A stretch of DNA of 64,000 nt from Eledone cirrhosa (GCA_964016885.1 OZ024762.1:28086001-28150000); one strand, 5' to 3'; positions 13,290 through 27,561 are shown, counted from the first letter of the stretch. The notes: generated by a model not told the origin, from the sequence alone. Translations and numbers: made by a program.

Positions 13290-13317
13290 CCCTCCCTCCC
13301 TCTCTCTCTCTACCTCA

Positions 13318-13351
<34 letters not shown>

Positions 13352-13431
13352 TGCTCCCCCCCTCTCTCTTGCTCCCCCCTCTCTCTCTCTCTACCTCACT
13401 TTCTCTCTCTCGCTTTCTGTCTCTCTCTCTG

Positions 13432-13499
<68 letters not shown>

Positions 13500-16010
13500 C
13501 CTCACTTTCTCTCTTTCTCTTGCTTTCTCGCATTTTCTCCCTCTAGCATTCTCTCCCTCTCGCATTCTCTCCCTCTCGCATTCTCTCCCTCTCGCATTCT
13601 CTCCCTCTCGCATTCTCTCCCTCTCGCATTCTCTCCCTCTCGCATTCTCTCCCTCTCGCATTCTCTCCCTCTCGCATTCTCTCCCTCTCGCATACTCTCC
13701 CTCTCGCATACTCTCTCTCTCGCATTCTCTCCCTCTCGCATACTCTCCCTCTCGCATACTCTCCCTCTCGCATTCTCTCCCTCTCGCATTCTCTCCCTCT
13801 CGCATACTCTCCCTCTCGCATACTCTCCCTCTCGCATACTCTCCCTCTCGCATACTCTCCCTCTCGCATTCTCTCCCTCTCGCATACTCTCCCTCTCGCA
13901 TACTCTCCCTCTCGCATTCTCTCCCTCTCGCATACTCTCCCTCTCGCATACTCTCTCTCTCGCATTCTCTCCCTCTCGCATTCTCTCCCTCTCGCATTCT
14001 CTCCCTCTCGCATACTCTCCCTCTCGCATTCTCTCCCTCTCGCAATCTCTCCCTCTCGCAATCTCTCCCTCTCGCAATCTCTCCCTCTCGCATACTCTCC
14101 CTCTCGCAATCTCTCCCTCTCGCATACTCTCCCTCTCGCATTCTCTCCCTCTAGCATTCTCTCCCTCTCGCATACTCTCCCTCTCGCATACTCTCCCTCT
14201 CGCATACTCTCCCTCTCGCATTCTCTCCCTCTCGCATACTCTCCCTCTCGCATTCTCTCCCTCTAGCATTCTCTCCCTCTCGCATACTCTCCCTCTCGCA
14301 TACTCTCCCTCTCGCATTCTCTCCCTCTCGCATTCTCTCCCTCTCGCATTCTCTCCCTCTCGCATTCTCTCCCTCTAGCATTCTCTCCCTCTCGCATTCT
14401 CTCCCTCTCGCATTCTCTCCCTCTCGCATACTCTCCCTCTCGCATACTCTCCCTCTCGCATTCTCTCCCTCTCGCATACTCTCCCTCTCGCATACTCTCC
14501 CTCTCGCATACTCTCCCTCTCGCATTCTCTCCCTCTCGCATTCTCTCCCTCTCGCATTCTCTCCCTCTCGCATTCTCTCCCTCTCGCATTCTCTCCCTCT
14601 CGCATTCTCTCCCTCTCGCATACTCTCCCTCTCGCATACTCTCCCTCTCGCATACTCTCCCTCTCGCATACTCTCCCTCTCGCATTCTCTCCCTCTCGCA
14701 TACTCTCCCTCTCGCATTCTCTCCCTCTAGCATTCTCTCCCTCTCGCATACTCTCCCTCTCGCATACTCTCCCTCTCGCATACTCTCCCTCTAGCATTCT
14801 CTCCCTCTCGCATTCTCTCCCTCTCGCATTCTCTCCCTCTAGCATTCTCTCCCTCTCGCATACTCTCCCTCTCGCATACTCTCCCTCTCGCATTCTCTCC
14901 CTCTCGCATACTCTCCCTCTCGCATACTCTCCCTCTCGCATTCTCTCCCTCTCGCATTCTCTCCCTCTCGCATTCTCTCCCTCTCGCATTCTCTCCCTCT
15001 CGCATACTCTCCCTCTCGCATACTCTCCCTCTCGCATTCTCTCCCTCTCGCATTCTCTCCCTCTCGCATTCTCTCCCTCTCGCATACTCTCCCTCTCGCA
15101 TACTCTCCCTCTCGCATTCTCTCCCTCTCGCATACTCTCCCTCTCGCATACTCTCCCTCTCGCATTCTCTCCCTCTCGCATTCTCTCCCTCTCGCATTCT
15201 CTCCCTCTCGCATTCTCTCCCTCTCGCATACTCTCCCTCTCGCATTCTCTCCCTCTAGCATTCTCTCCCTCTCGCATACTCTCCCTCTCGCATACTCTCC
15301 CTCTCGCATTCTCTCCCTCTCGCATTCTCTCCCTCTCGCATTCTCTCCCTCTCGCATTCTCTCCCTCTCGCATACTCTCCCTCTCGCATTCTCTCCCTCT
15401 CGCATTCTCTCCCTCTCGCATTCTCTCCCTCTCGCAATCTCTCCCTCTCGCATTCTCTCCCTCTCGCATTCTCTCCCTCTCGCATTCTCTCCCTCTCGCA
15501 TACTCTCCCTCTCGCATACTCTCCCTCCCGCATTCTCTCCCTCTCGCAATCTCTCCCTCTCGCATTCTCTCCCTCTCGCATACTCTCCCTCTCGCATTCT
15601 CTCCCTATCGCATTCTCTCCCTATCGCATTCTCTCCCTCTTGATTTCTCTCCCTCTCGCTTTCTCTCCCTCTCTTGCTTTGTCCCCTCTCTTGCTTTGTC
15701 CCCTCTCTTGCTTTGTCCCCTCTCTCGCTCTCCCTCTCTCTCGCGCTTTCTCTCTCTCTCTCGCTTTCTCTCTCTCTCTCGCTTTTTCTCTTTCTCTCTC
15801 TCTCTCGCTTTTTCTCTTTCTCTCTCTCTCTCGCTTTTTCTCTTTCTCTCTCTCTCGCTTTTTCTCTTTCTCTCTCTCTCTCTCTCTCGGTCTCTCTCTC
15901 TCTCTCTCTCGGTCTCTCTCTCTCCCTCTCTCTCTCTCTCTCTCGCTTTCTCTCTCTCGCTTTCTCTCTCTCGCTTTCTCTCTCTCTCCCTCTCCCTCTA
16001 CCCCCCTCTC
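13290..16010. repeat. CT-rich region containing an 18-bp minisatellite (13530..15630, ~115 units)
   Basis: Unit ctcgcattctctccctct with variants cata/caat/ctag, flanked by (CT)n. Confidence 0.97.
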
Positions 16011-16656
16011 TACACACGGTGAGGCAAAAGTCGTGCCGTAGAGGGATAATTTATTAAATGTACAGTTACACATGAACACTTTACTTAATAGTTATTTAAT
16101 TATGTGGTGCATGACATTTGTGACAACCTATATTTCATCATCACCATTATCGTTTAACGTCTCTATCTTCCACGTTAGCATGGGTTAGACAGGTTTGTCC
16201 TATTTAGAGGCAAGTTGGTTCAGAAGACCATGTCTCGCTCATATAGGAGAGTTTCTGTCTGGTATTCTACGGCTGGATGCCCTTCCTAACACCAACCAAA
16301 TTGACTGTGTGCTGGGTGCTTTTTGCCATGTCTTTTACATGTCCACTTTACAGTGTGGGCTGGTTTTCTATGGCTGGATGCCCTTCCTAATGCCAACCAC
16401 ATTTATAGTGTGTGCTGGGTGCTTTTTGCTGTCTTTTACATATCCACTTTACAGTATATATAAGCGGCAATCAGCAGGGTCATTAAAACATTGGCTACAA
16501 CACTTAGCTGTATTGGTTCTCTGTGCTCAGAGTTCAAATCCTACCGAGGTTAGCTTTGCCTTTCATCCTTACGGGGTTGATACCAGTAACGCACTGGGGT
16601 CGATTTAATCAACTTTCCCCTTCTTCAAAGTTGTTGGCTTCTGCCTAAATCAGTAA

Positions 16657-16697
<41 letters not shown>

Positions 16698-17624
16698 ATA
16701 TTCGTTCCGGCTCTCTGAGTTCAAATCCTACCGAGTTTAGCTTTGCCTTTCATTCTTACGGGGTTGATAAAAAAAAGTACCTGTAATGCACTGAGGTTGA
16801 TTATTCCTCTATATTTCTTTCTTGCTTCCTTTCTCTCACTCTCTCTATCTTTCTCTGGAAGAAATCTGTTGTATTCAGACCTGGAGAGGAGATGAGCTCT
16901 GAGTTCAAATCCCACCGAGGTTAGCTTTACCTTTCATCCTCCCGACGTTGCTAAAATAAAGTACCAGTAATGCACTGGGGTCGATTTAATCAACTTTCCC
17001 CTTCTCCAAAATTGTTGGTCTTGTGCCTAAATCAGTAACCAGTATCTATATATAAATTTCTGTGATTCTGTCACATGTAATGGAGTAGTTTGACTACCTC
17101 ATACTACTCCTCTCTCTCTGTCTGCTACCTGTGTGAATGTGTGTGTGTGTAAAAGGGAGGTAGGGGGTGGTGGAAAAAGTATGATGTATGTGTGTATTTG
17201 TGTCTGTGTTTGTGAATGTATGTCTGAGTGTATTTTTGTAAGCATGTCTGCACGTTTATATTTACGTACTCATATATATATAAATGTATGTATATGCACG
17301 CACACCCGCATGTGGAAATAAATTCTAGTTATTTATATTTCACACAAAATGTTGATAAAACAATCTTATCAGTGTCGGTAGATTGGTATCTAAGTTCCTA
17401 ACATTGAAGACTTTGGTCAAGAAATCAATATTTTGAATCTATCTCACTTGCTCCCCCCTTCACTCTCTCTCTCTTTCTCCCTCCTGTCCAACCCATGCTA
17501 GCATGGAAGGCACGCATTAAATGATGGTGATGATTATACAAAATATAGATAATAGATTCTATTATCAATTTCATTGTTTAACATCCAGTTTTTTTCCATG
17601 CTTGGTTGGGTTAGACAGGTTATG

Positions 17625-18200
17625 TTATGAGACAAGTCAGATCTGGAGACCATGTTATGTTCATATAGATCTGTATTTTGACTTGGGTGCTGTGGCTGCA
17701 TATTTGAGATAAGCCATGTCATGTTCATATAGATCTGTATATTGGCTTGGTTTCTTCAACTAGATGTCTGAGATAAGCCAGGCTTGGAGACCATGTCTTG
17801 CTCAAATAGATCTGTATTTTGGCTTGGGTGCTGCATGTCTGAGATAAGCCAGACCTGGAGACCAGGTCATGTTCATACAGATCTGTATTTTGATTTGCTT
17901 TCTATGGTTGCACATCTGAGACAAGTCAGGTCCGGAGACCATGTTATGCTCATACAGACCTGTATTTTGTCTTGGTTTCTTCGACTAGATGTCTGAGACA
18001 AGTCAGGCTTGGAGACCACGTCCTGTTCATATAGATCTGTATTTTGACTTGTTTTCTATTGCTACACGTCTGAGACAAGCCAGGCCTGGATACCAGGTCA
18101 TGTTCATACAGATCTGTATATTGGCTTGGTTTCTGACTGTCTGAGACAAGCCAGGCCTGGAGATCACGTCATGTTCATATAGTATATTGGTTTGGTTTCT
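17625..18200. repeat. ~60-bp tandem repeat, about 9 units, resembling a SINE/LINE tail segment
   Basis: Unit gagacaagccaggcctggagaccatgtcatgttcatatagatctgtattttggcttggtttct. Flanked by SINE-tail-like sequence (ggttagacagg before, ggtttctacagct after). Confidence 0.85.
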
Positions 18201-18552
18201 ACAGCTTCACGTCCTACCTAACTACAACCATATTACACGGATCAGGGTTACTTCATCTTAACTATACATTCCATATTTAGCATGGTGGATTTTTTTTTCC
18301 CAGATCTAAAAATTGTGATGATAATGATATATATTGCATAAACTAAAGCAAACTATCTGGTGGGTGGGGTGGGGTTCCGGGGGAAGGTGTCTGATCGTTG
18401 TTTCAAAATTATCTTAATTACTCAGCCATGATCATCATTTTGTATGTGTGTTTCCTGTGTTACCATTGGTTGAAGGGAGTGTCACAGTCCAAGCCCTTAC
18501 AAATTTCCCAGTTTGTCCGACTGTTCATATATCTGGTAATTCTGATTGGTGT

Positions 18553-21297
18553 ATCATCATCATCATCGTTTAATGTCCATCTTCCACGCTTGCATGGGTT
18601 TGGACGGGAATTTTCCCACTTGAGGCAAGAGTGGTTGTCTTGCTCGTATAGGACTGTCTGGCGGGTTTTCTATGGCTGATGCCCTTCCTAACACCAACCA
18701 CATTTACAGTGTGGGACTGGGAGGTTTTTACAGTGTTACCTACACGGCCACATTACAGCGTGGACTGTGTGTTTTTTTTGTCATGACACCTACACGACCT
18801 CATTTATTTCGGACTGGATGTTGTGGTACCAACATAACTTTACAGAGAAAGGGATGGTGTGGATGGAGTGGGGGTAGTTGGAAGGGGGTATATTTTTGTT
18901 AAGAGGTGCCTACTGACTATAGGTTTCGCTTTGTACTTAGGCAAGGCGGGTCTTCTGTATTACTGCGTAGCACCAAAGATCTCAGTCCAGTGACATTGTC
19001 TTGGAGAGGTGTAAGTGTGTGAGGTCGGGATTTATCAAGTCGTCCCAGCTTTTTCTGGGTCTGCCTACTCCGTAGCTTCCGTCTATTTTGATCGCCCTGC
19101 ACTTTTTTATTCAGCTGTTGTCTTTCATGCGCATCACGTGACCATACCAACGTAGTCTTCTCTCGAGTAAACATCTGATCCCTCTTATTCCTAATTTCTC
19201 CCTTAGTTCATTTATGCTTTGCCGTTCGCGTATATTACTATTACACATCCAACGGAGCATGCAAGCTTCGTTCCTCTCCAGTATACCCTCTGCACACAAT
19301 GCCCAAGTATCACTGCCATGTAACATTGCTGTTCGTATGCAGGCATCATACAGCCTACCTTTCATTTTTAGAGAGAAACCTTTAGCAACCAATAGTGGTA
19401 TAAGCTCTCTGAACTTTTTCCATCCCGTTCTGACTCTAGCTACAGTACTTTCAGAGCACCCACCACCACTGCTGATTTTGTCACCCAGGTAATGGAAGGT
19501 TTTCACTATTTCTATAGAACCAATTGTGTGTGCAATGGAATCGGCTAGTATTTTGTGGGCACTTGCTACTACTTATTGCACCTGAGCACCGGCCACATAT
19601 AAAATCTATATTCTTAGTTAGCTTACCTGTGATCCCACTACATCTTTTATGCACCCATACTTTGCATTTGGGACATAAAATGGAGTTTCTGCCTACTCCT
19701 TTCCTCCACACTGAGCATGGCCATTTCCCAGATGGGACCAGTGCCCCATTTTCCTTCCTACAAACAAGAACTTTAGTTTTAGACAGGTTAATTTTAAGGC
19801 CTTTTGATTCTAGGCCATGCTTCCATGTTTGGAATTTCTTCTCTAGTTCAGCCATTGATTCAGCTATGAGCGTTAGATCATCTGCGTATAGGAGTTCCCA
19901 TGGGCAGCCGGTCTTGAACTCATCTGTTGTAGCCTGAAGGGCAATAATGAATAGGAGAGGGCTAAGGATGGAGCCCTGATAAACACCAAATTTTACCCTA
20001 AACTCTTCACTATATTCGTTGTTAATTCTAACCTTGCTGACTGTTTCTTTATACATGGCTTGTGTAGCTCTCACAAGCCATTCATCAACACCTAGTTTTC
20101 TGAGAGCCCACCAGATAATGGGGCGTGGGATTCTGTCAAAGGCTTTCTCCAAGTCAACAAAAGCTAAGTATAGGGGTTTACTTTTAGCTAGGTACTTCTC
20201 CTGTAGTTGTCGTACAATGAAAAGAGCGTCTGTGGTTCTTTTATCTGACATAAACCTGAACTGCATTTCATCTAGATCAATTCGCTCTCTGATTAGTTGC
20301 GCTATTACTTTTTCTGTGACCTTCAAGACCTGGACAATTAATTTAATGCCTCTATAGTTTCCCCTATCTAGGGCATCTCCTTTACTCTTGTAGCAGTTAA
20401 TGATGGCGCTACTATGCCAGTCCTTCGGAATGACCCCATTCTGTATGACTTGGTTTACTATCCGGGTGACCATAGTGTGTCCCACCGTTCCAGATGCTTT
20501 CAGCATTTCAGCAACTATTTCCGAAGGCCCAGCCGCCTTGCCTGTCTTCATATCTTTGATCGCCTTATTTATTATACTACCTTCAACTTGCACTGCTGGT
20601 CCCTCTATTGGATCGATAGGAGACTGTCTTTCTCCCCTTTATTCTCCTCATTTCGTATTGACACTTCCAAGTTACCTTCTTATCAGCGTCAGTGATGGCA
20701 AGTACACCATCATCATTAAAGACACACTTCTCCCCGACAATATCACGGTTTTCCTTGACACATTGCCTAGCAATCCTGAACACCTCACGTTTTTGGTCCT
20801 CGCGTTGTAGAACATGCTTGAACTTTCTTTCCTCTGCTTCCCTTCTTGCGAAGTACACTTGTCTCCTAGCTTCCCTCCTGGCCATTTTATAGTCTTCTCT
20901 ACTTCCCCCATCCCGCCATACTTTCCAAGCATGCTTTTTGGCCTTGATTGACTTCTCCACCTTACTGTTCCACCACCAAGTTACTCTCCTCCTGCCTATA
21001 GGTCTGCTCCAGCCACAGATTTCATCTGTCGCCTTCAGCAGGTTAGCTTTCAGGAATACCCACAGTTCCTCTATATTGTACGACTCTAATTGCTCTTCCT
21101 TACTATCAAAAGCATCAAGTAATATGCTTTTAAATTTATTACTGGCTGTGGGGTCCTTTATCTTCCATATTTTTCTCCTGGAGATAGTCCTCCTCTGTTG
21201 TCGAGTACGTCTCGTCCTGACTATGAGGCTATGTTGGGAGGTGCATTCTTCATGGAGGAGGGATTTAGTGTTTACAACAGACACTCTGTCACATCTT
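18553..21297 (-). mobile_element. RTE-clade LINE, family 2, 5'-truncated
   Basis: ORFs 20583..21284, 19481..20593 (RT with LLYADD) and 19111..19506, followed by a 3' UTR and (ATG)n tail. Closely similar to the copies at 48930 and 56536. Confidence 0.95.
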
Positions 21298-21444
21298 GTA
21301 ATGCCTCCCCCTATTGGGATTTCGATTGTTATAATTGTTTGTTTGAATATTTTTACACGACTGTATGTAAAATCTCCGGCATGTCTTTGTATTGTCCCCT
21401 TTTCTTGTGCGCCCTTGTGGCTAATAGAGAAATATATCTATTTA

Positions 21445-22325
21445 CCTATCTCTCTCTCTACCTATCTCTCTCTCTCTACCTATCTTTCTCTCTCTCTCTA
21501 CCTCTCTCTCTCTACCTCTCTCTCTCTACCTCTCTCTCTCTCTACCTATCTCTCTCTCTCTACCTATCTTTCTCTCTCTCTCTACCTCTCTCTCTCTACC
21601 TCTCTCTCTCTACCTCTCTCTCTCTACCTCTCTCTCTCTCTACCTATCTCTCTCTCTACCTATCTCTCTCTCTCCCTCTACCTCTCTCTATCTACCTATC
21701 TCTCTCCCTATCTATCTCTCTACCTCTCTCTCTCTCTCTCTCTACCACTCTCTCTCTCTCTACCACTCTCTCTCTCTCTACCACTCTCTCTCTCTACCAC
21801 TCTCTCTCTCTCTACCACTCTCTCTCTCTCTACCACTCTCTCTCTCTCTCTCTCTCTACCTCTGTCTCTCTCTACCACTCTCTCTCTCTCTCTACCTATC
21901 TCTCTCTCTCTACCTATCTCTCTCTCTCTACCTATCTCTCTCTCTTACCTATCTCTCTCTCTTACCTATCTCTCTCCCTATCTATCTCTCTCTCCCTACC
22001 TATCTCTCTCTCCCTACCTATCTCTCTCTCTCTACCTATCTCTCTCTACCTATCTCTCTCTCTACCTATCTCTCTCTCTCACTACCTATCTCTCTCTCAC
22101 TACCTATCTCTCTCTCTCTCTACCTATCTCTCTCTCTCTCTACCTATCTCTCTCTCCCTACCTATCTCTCTCCCTACCTATCTCTCTCCCTACCTATCTC
22201 TCTCTCTACCTATCTCTCTCTCTACCTATCTCTCTCTCACTACCTATCTCTCTCTCACTACCTATCTCTCTCTCACTACCTATCTCTCTCTCACTACCTA
22301 TCTCTCTCTCTCTCCCTATCTATCT
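21445..22325. repeat. (CT)n/TACCTATC compound microsatellite
   Basis: Directly visible simple repeat. Confidence 0.95.
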
Positions 22326-23210
22326 CCAATCAGTGGAAACTCCACTTCGACATTCTATAGAGGGTTAGTATGTTAAAAGTGCGACGACGTGCTCGGCGAG
22401 ACTCTGGGCGTCGAAGACGACGAGCTCACCAGTCTGTTTGGTAGGACTTTCCGCCCGGGACCTATGGACAACTTCCAAAGGTCCCTGGCCTGGCAGTGCT
22501 AACGAGGAGCTCTACCAGTTTGAGACAAGATCTACAGGCACGGACGCCCTGGCAGGGATCCTTCCAAGAGGACGTGTCCAAGATGCAAGCAGGACATTGA
22601 AACCGTCTTGCATGCAATTGTACTGCCTGGGCATAAGCGACCTGTGGAACTACGCAGAACAACTGTTGTCGCGTATGGGACAAATCCAGTTGACCGCCGA
22701 GTCCATAGTAAGGATCAAACCGCCAACTTCTTTCAAAAAGGAAAGAGAGGTGGTTTTCCTCTGTATAGTGGCTATGGTAAAAGAGGTTATATGGTGGACG
22801 AGATTGAGAGGACTGAGGTCAGATGCCTTTCTCTCCGGACAACAACTCATTCCCTTCTTTAGGTACCACTTTAGAAGGAGAATCAGTGGAGAAAGAGGCA
22901 CTGCACCCCAGTAAATTTACTGAAAGGTGGGTGAATGTAGCAAAAATGGCCCGAGTGAGTGGGCCTTCTTTGTATATAAGCCTGTAGGTTGAAGAAGAGA
23001 GCAAAAGGAAAAAAGGAGCACTTGCACAACACGCTCCTGAAGTTGAGGGTTGTTCTATCGACGGGGTATTAAACAACCCATCTCGATTTTAAATTTGTTT
23101 GCTTTAATAATATTTTTACATGACTGTATGTAAAATCCCCAGCATGTGTCTTTGTATTGTCCCCTTTTCTTGTGCACCCTTGTGGCAAATAGAGAAATAT
23201 ATCTATCTAC
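22326..23210 (+). mobile_element. 3' fragment of Tx1/L1-like LINE
   Basis: ORF 22438..22914 contains KEVIWWTRL...LIPFFRYHFRRRI, resembling the Tx1-clade C-terminus. The terminus ttgtattgtccccttttcttgtgcacccttgtggcaaatagagaaat is also found at 21335..21445. Confidence 0.6.
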
Positions 23211-24299
23211 ATATACTCACACTTGTCTATCTATCTGTCTATTTATCTATACTTCTAATCCAATGTATATTGTTTCACTACACTCGCAATCACCCTTCAT
23301 TCCTCAGCTGATCCTTTTAACTAAATCTTCTAAACACCAGCTGAGGATTATCTCTATCTTTATTTTCATCATTATTATTTTATATATTTTATTTTTATAT
23401 CTTTTCATTGTTAAATTGTTTTGTTGTGTATTTTCATTCTATTTTATTGTACCCCCCACTGTCCCTGTCTTTGTATTGTCCCCTATATGTCGGCCCTTGC
23501 AGCCAATAAATGTAATCATTATTTGGCAGTATTGTTAGAGCGTCGGACATGCTTTCCAGCATAGTTACGTCCCTTTACAATCTGAGTTCAAATCCGGTCG
23601 AGGTTAACTTTGCCTTTCATCCTTACGGGGTCGATAAAATAAAGTACCAGTAATACACTGGGTAATTGCTGGCATTGTGCCTAAAATAGAAACAATTATT
23701 CACCATGAGTGACCTTTGGAGGTCCCCCACCCTATTGAGGAATTTTTGTTTGGATTTTTTAATTTGTTTTTTACACATTTTTATTTTCTGGTTATAACCT
23801 TTTTTTTCACGACCAAAACCCACTTTGTATCGTTCTGTGACATCTTTAATGTTTTTCTTTGTGTTAGCCCTTGTGGCCAATAAAGAAACCATTATTATTA
23901 ACTTTGTGGTGAATTGGCAGTATCGGTAGAGGGTTGGACGCCATGCTTTCTAGCATAGTTATGTCCCTTTACGGTCTGAGTTCAAATCCCGTCGAGATTA
24001 ACTTTGCCTTTCATCCTTACGGGGTCCATAAAATAAAGTACCAGTAATGTACTGGGTTATTGCTGGCCTTTTGCCAAAAGTAGAAACAATTATTAACTTT
24101 GCCTTTCATCCTTACAGGGTAGATAAACTAAAGTACCAGTAATACGCCCCCCCCCCCCCAAGTTTGTGCCTATATAAGAAATCATTATTATTAATCCTCA
24201 TCAAGCAAGCCAACCAATTAGCCCATTCTCCTCATCCTAATCATCGGCATCACTCATTCATTGTTATCCTCATTAAGCAAGCCGGCTGGCCACTCTTCC

Positions 24300-25092
24300 T
24301 CATCACCACCACCACCACCACCACTACCATCACCACCATCACCACCATCACCACCACTACCATCACCACCACTACCATCACTACCATCACCACCACTACC
24401 ATCACCACCATCACCACCACTACCATCACCACCACCACCACCACTACCATCACCACCATCACCACCACTACCATCACTACCATCACCACCACTACCATCA
24501 CCACCATCACCACCACTACCATCACCACCACCACCACCACTACCATCACCACCATCACCACCACTACCATCACCACCACTACCATCACTACCATCACCAC
24601 CACTACCATCACCACCATCACCACCACTACCATCACTACCATCACCACCACTACCATCACCACCACTACCACCACCACCACTACCATCACCACCATCACC
24701 ACCACTACCATCACCACCATCACCACCACTACCATCACCACCATCACCACCACTACCATCACCACCACCACGACCACCACCATCACCACCACCATCACCA
24801 CCACCACCACTACCATCACCACCACTACCATCACCACCATCACCACCACTACCATCACCACCATCACCACCACTACCATCACCACCATCACCACCACTAC
24901 CATCACCACCATCACCACCACTACCATCACCACCATCACCACCACTACCATCACCACCATCACCACCACTACCATCACCACCATCACCACCACTACCATC
25001 ACCACCATCACCATCACCATCATCACCATCACCACCATCACCACCATCACCATCACCATCACCACCATCACCATCACCACCATCACCATCAT
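24300..25092. repeat. CAC/CAT/TAC trinucleotide repeat with 21-bp higher-order period
   Basis: Recurring unit caccactaccatcaccaccat. Confidence 0.95.
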
Positions 25093-25439
25093 TTACTATT
25101 ATCCTCTCGCCATCCAACCAGCCACCCTCAGCTCCTCCTCCTCCTCACCATCATTCATTATCCTCATCCAGCCAGCCTGCTACTCTTTCTCCTCTTCCTT
25201 CCCTTCTCCTCTTCCCCATCGTCACCATCATTCATTATTATCCTCAAGCAGGCCAGCCATCCTCTGCACCTCCTACCCCCCCCCCCCCACACACATCCCA
25301 CTCCTCCCCATCCTCATCCCACTCCTCCCCATCCTCATCATCTCACTAACTTGTTTCACTGTGTAAACGTGTTAAGTAATGATGTACAATGGAGGCTGGA
25401 TAAGACTCAGTAATCAGGATGATAACTTTGAGATGGAAG

Positions 25440-26085
25440 TCATTGATCTCACTGGTGAAGACTTTGTCCCACCTGTGCAGGTAAATACCTGAGTATTCTA
25501 ACTTGCACAGTTTGATAATTAACTCCCCACGATCTTATAATCACACTAGTGAAGAAGATTTTGTCTCACCTGTGCAGGTAAATACCTGTGTATTGTTGTA
25601 ACTTGCACAACTTGATAATTAACCTCCCATCTTATAATCACACTGGTGAAGACTTTGTCTCTTTGGACCACTTGTGGAGGTAAATACCTGTGTATTGTAA
25701 CTTGTACACCTTGATAATCAACCCCCCACCATCTTATAATCACACTGGCGAAGAAGACCGTCTCTTTGTCTCACCTGTACAGGTAAATTGTATTGTAACT
25801 TGCACACCTTGATAAATTAACCACCCATCATCTCATAATCTTACTAGTGAAGACTTTGTCCCACCTGTGCAGGTAAATTGTGTTGTAACTTGTACACCTT
25901 GACAACCACCCATAATCTTATAATCACATTGGCGAAGAATACTTTGGCCAACCTGTATATTGTAACTTGCACACGTTGATAATTAGACCCCCCCCCCACC
26001 ATCTTATAATCTCACTGGTGAAGATTTTGTCGCACCTGTAGAGGTAAATTGTATTGTAACTTACTCCTTGATAATTAACCTCCCC
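25440..26085. repeat. ~95-bp tandem repeat, 7 units
   Basis: Unit cactggtgaagactttgtcccacctgtgcaggtaaat...gtaacttgcacaccttgataattaac...catcttataatca. Confidence 0.9.
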
Positions 26086-26258
26086 CTACGCCGCACACTT
26101 TATTATCTCATCTCAGCCTCTGTTCCTTCATCGTCATCGTTTTGTCCTCTTTCCTGTCAATTCTTTCATTGCTGAGACAAGCAAGAGAGCCATTGTATGT
26201 TTTGTTCAGTGCAGGTAACTCACACACCTAGTTAAGTCATCCACGACTTTTATTATCG

Positions 26259-26600
26259 GAAGGCATGTGGCCTAGTGGTAAGGGTGCTTGACTTACTATC
26301 ATAATATCCTGGGTTCAATTCCTGGACTGGGTTGTGTGTTGTGTTCTTGAACAAAACACTTCATTTCACGCTGTTCCAGTATACTCAGCTGGAAATGAGT
26401 ACCAGTAATAACTGGGGGTTTAACCTTGTCATGGACTGGCGTCCTGTCTAGAGGTGGATCTAGCGTGGCCTAGTGGTACTGGTGTTGGACTTACGATCAT
26501 AATATTGTGGGTTCAAATCCTGGACTGGGTTGTGTATTGTGTTCTTGAACAAAACACTTCATTTCACATTGCTCCAGTATATTCAGCTGAAAATGAGTGC
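26259..26600 (+). mobile_element. Two tandem tRNA-derived SINE heads (type A-related)
   Basis: A box tggcctagtgg, B box ggttcaattcc/ggttcaaatcc, core gtgttcttgaacaaaacacttcatttcac. Confidence 0.75.
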
Positions 26601-27561
26601 TTTTCTTTTTGTCACCAACACAACCACTATACAGGACAACTGTATGCTTTTTGCCGCATCACCAACAACCACATTAGTGCTTTTTGATGTGACACCTACA
26701 CGACCACCTTACAGGTTGTTCTGGGTACTTTTTGTCATGTAGAAAATCAATGAAGTGCCTTGCTCAAGAACATAATGTACCACATGGTCTAGGAATTAAA
26801 CCCTTGACCCTAGGCCACATAACTGCCTCCAATATTCTATGAATTTGTAAAGATTTACATGTTTGTTGCACTAGAAATGTTTTCAACATGTGACAGTGTG
26901 TCACCACATGAAATAAATAAAAAAATTAGCAATTTTGTGTGCTTGTGTGTGTGCATATCCATACATGTGTGTATGAGTATATAAATATAAATGTGCAAAC
27001 ACACACACACTTATAATCCTCACATACACACATACATCCACACACACAGACATACATTCACGCACACAGACGTACATTCACGCCCACAGACACACATTCA
27101 CGCACACGCATACATACATACTTTTCCACACACACACACGTATTCACGCACACACACGCACGCACGCATACATACATACATTCCCATGCACACATACATA
27201 CATCCCCACACACATGCATACATTCCCACGCACACATACACACACTCACGCACACATTCACACAAACACACACACATTCACACAAACACACACTCATACA
27301 CATACATTCACACAGCGTAGCAAATGTAACGCCAGATGCTGTTTTGCTATAGTTATTTCACCATCCCTCTTCCTTCCTTTTTACACACATACATTCACAC
27401 ATAGCATAGCAAATGGAACGCCCACCGCTGTTTTGTTATAGTTTTTTCACCATCCCCATCCTTTTACACACATTCACACACATACACTATGTGACGGACA
27501 GACAGAAGTCTCAAATTTATATATAGATTGTTCAGTCTTCTCTCTCTATTTTCAGGACAAC

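Noticed and set aside
13101-16079. Many long ORFs ([16 protein letters not shown]..., [16 protein letters not shown]...)
   Set aside because: These are stop-free translations of an 18-bp/CT repeat in several frames on both strands, with no splice or homology support.
24164-25366. Thr-, Pro-, Gly/Asp- and Val/Met-rich ORFs (also 29372..30225) resembling mucins or extensins
   Set aside because: Trinucleotide repeats open in most frames; these are artefacts.
26259-26335. tRNA-like sequences (also 54172, 54523, 11640-11715)
   Set aside because: A/B boxes run directly into SINE core and tail, so these are SINE heads rather than tRNA genes.
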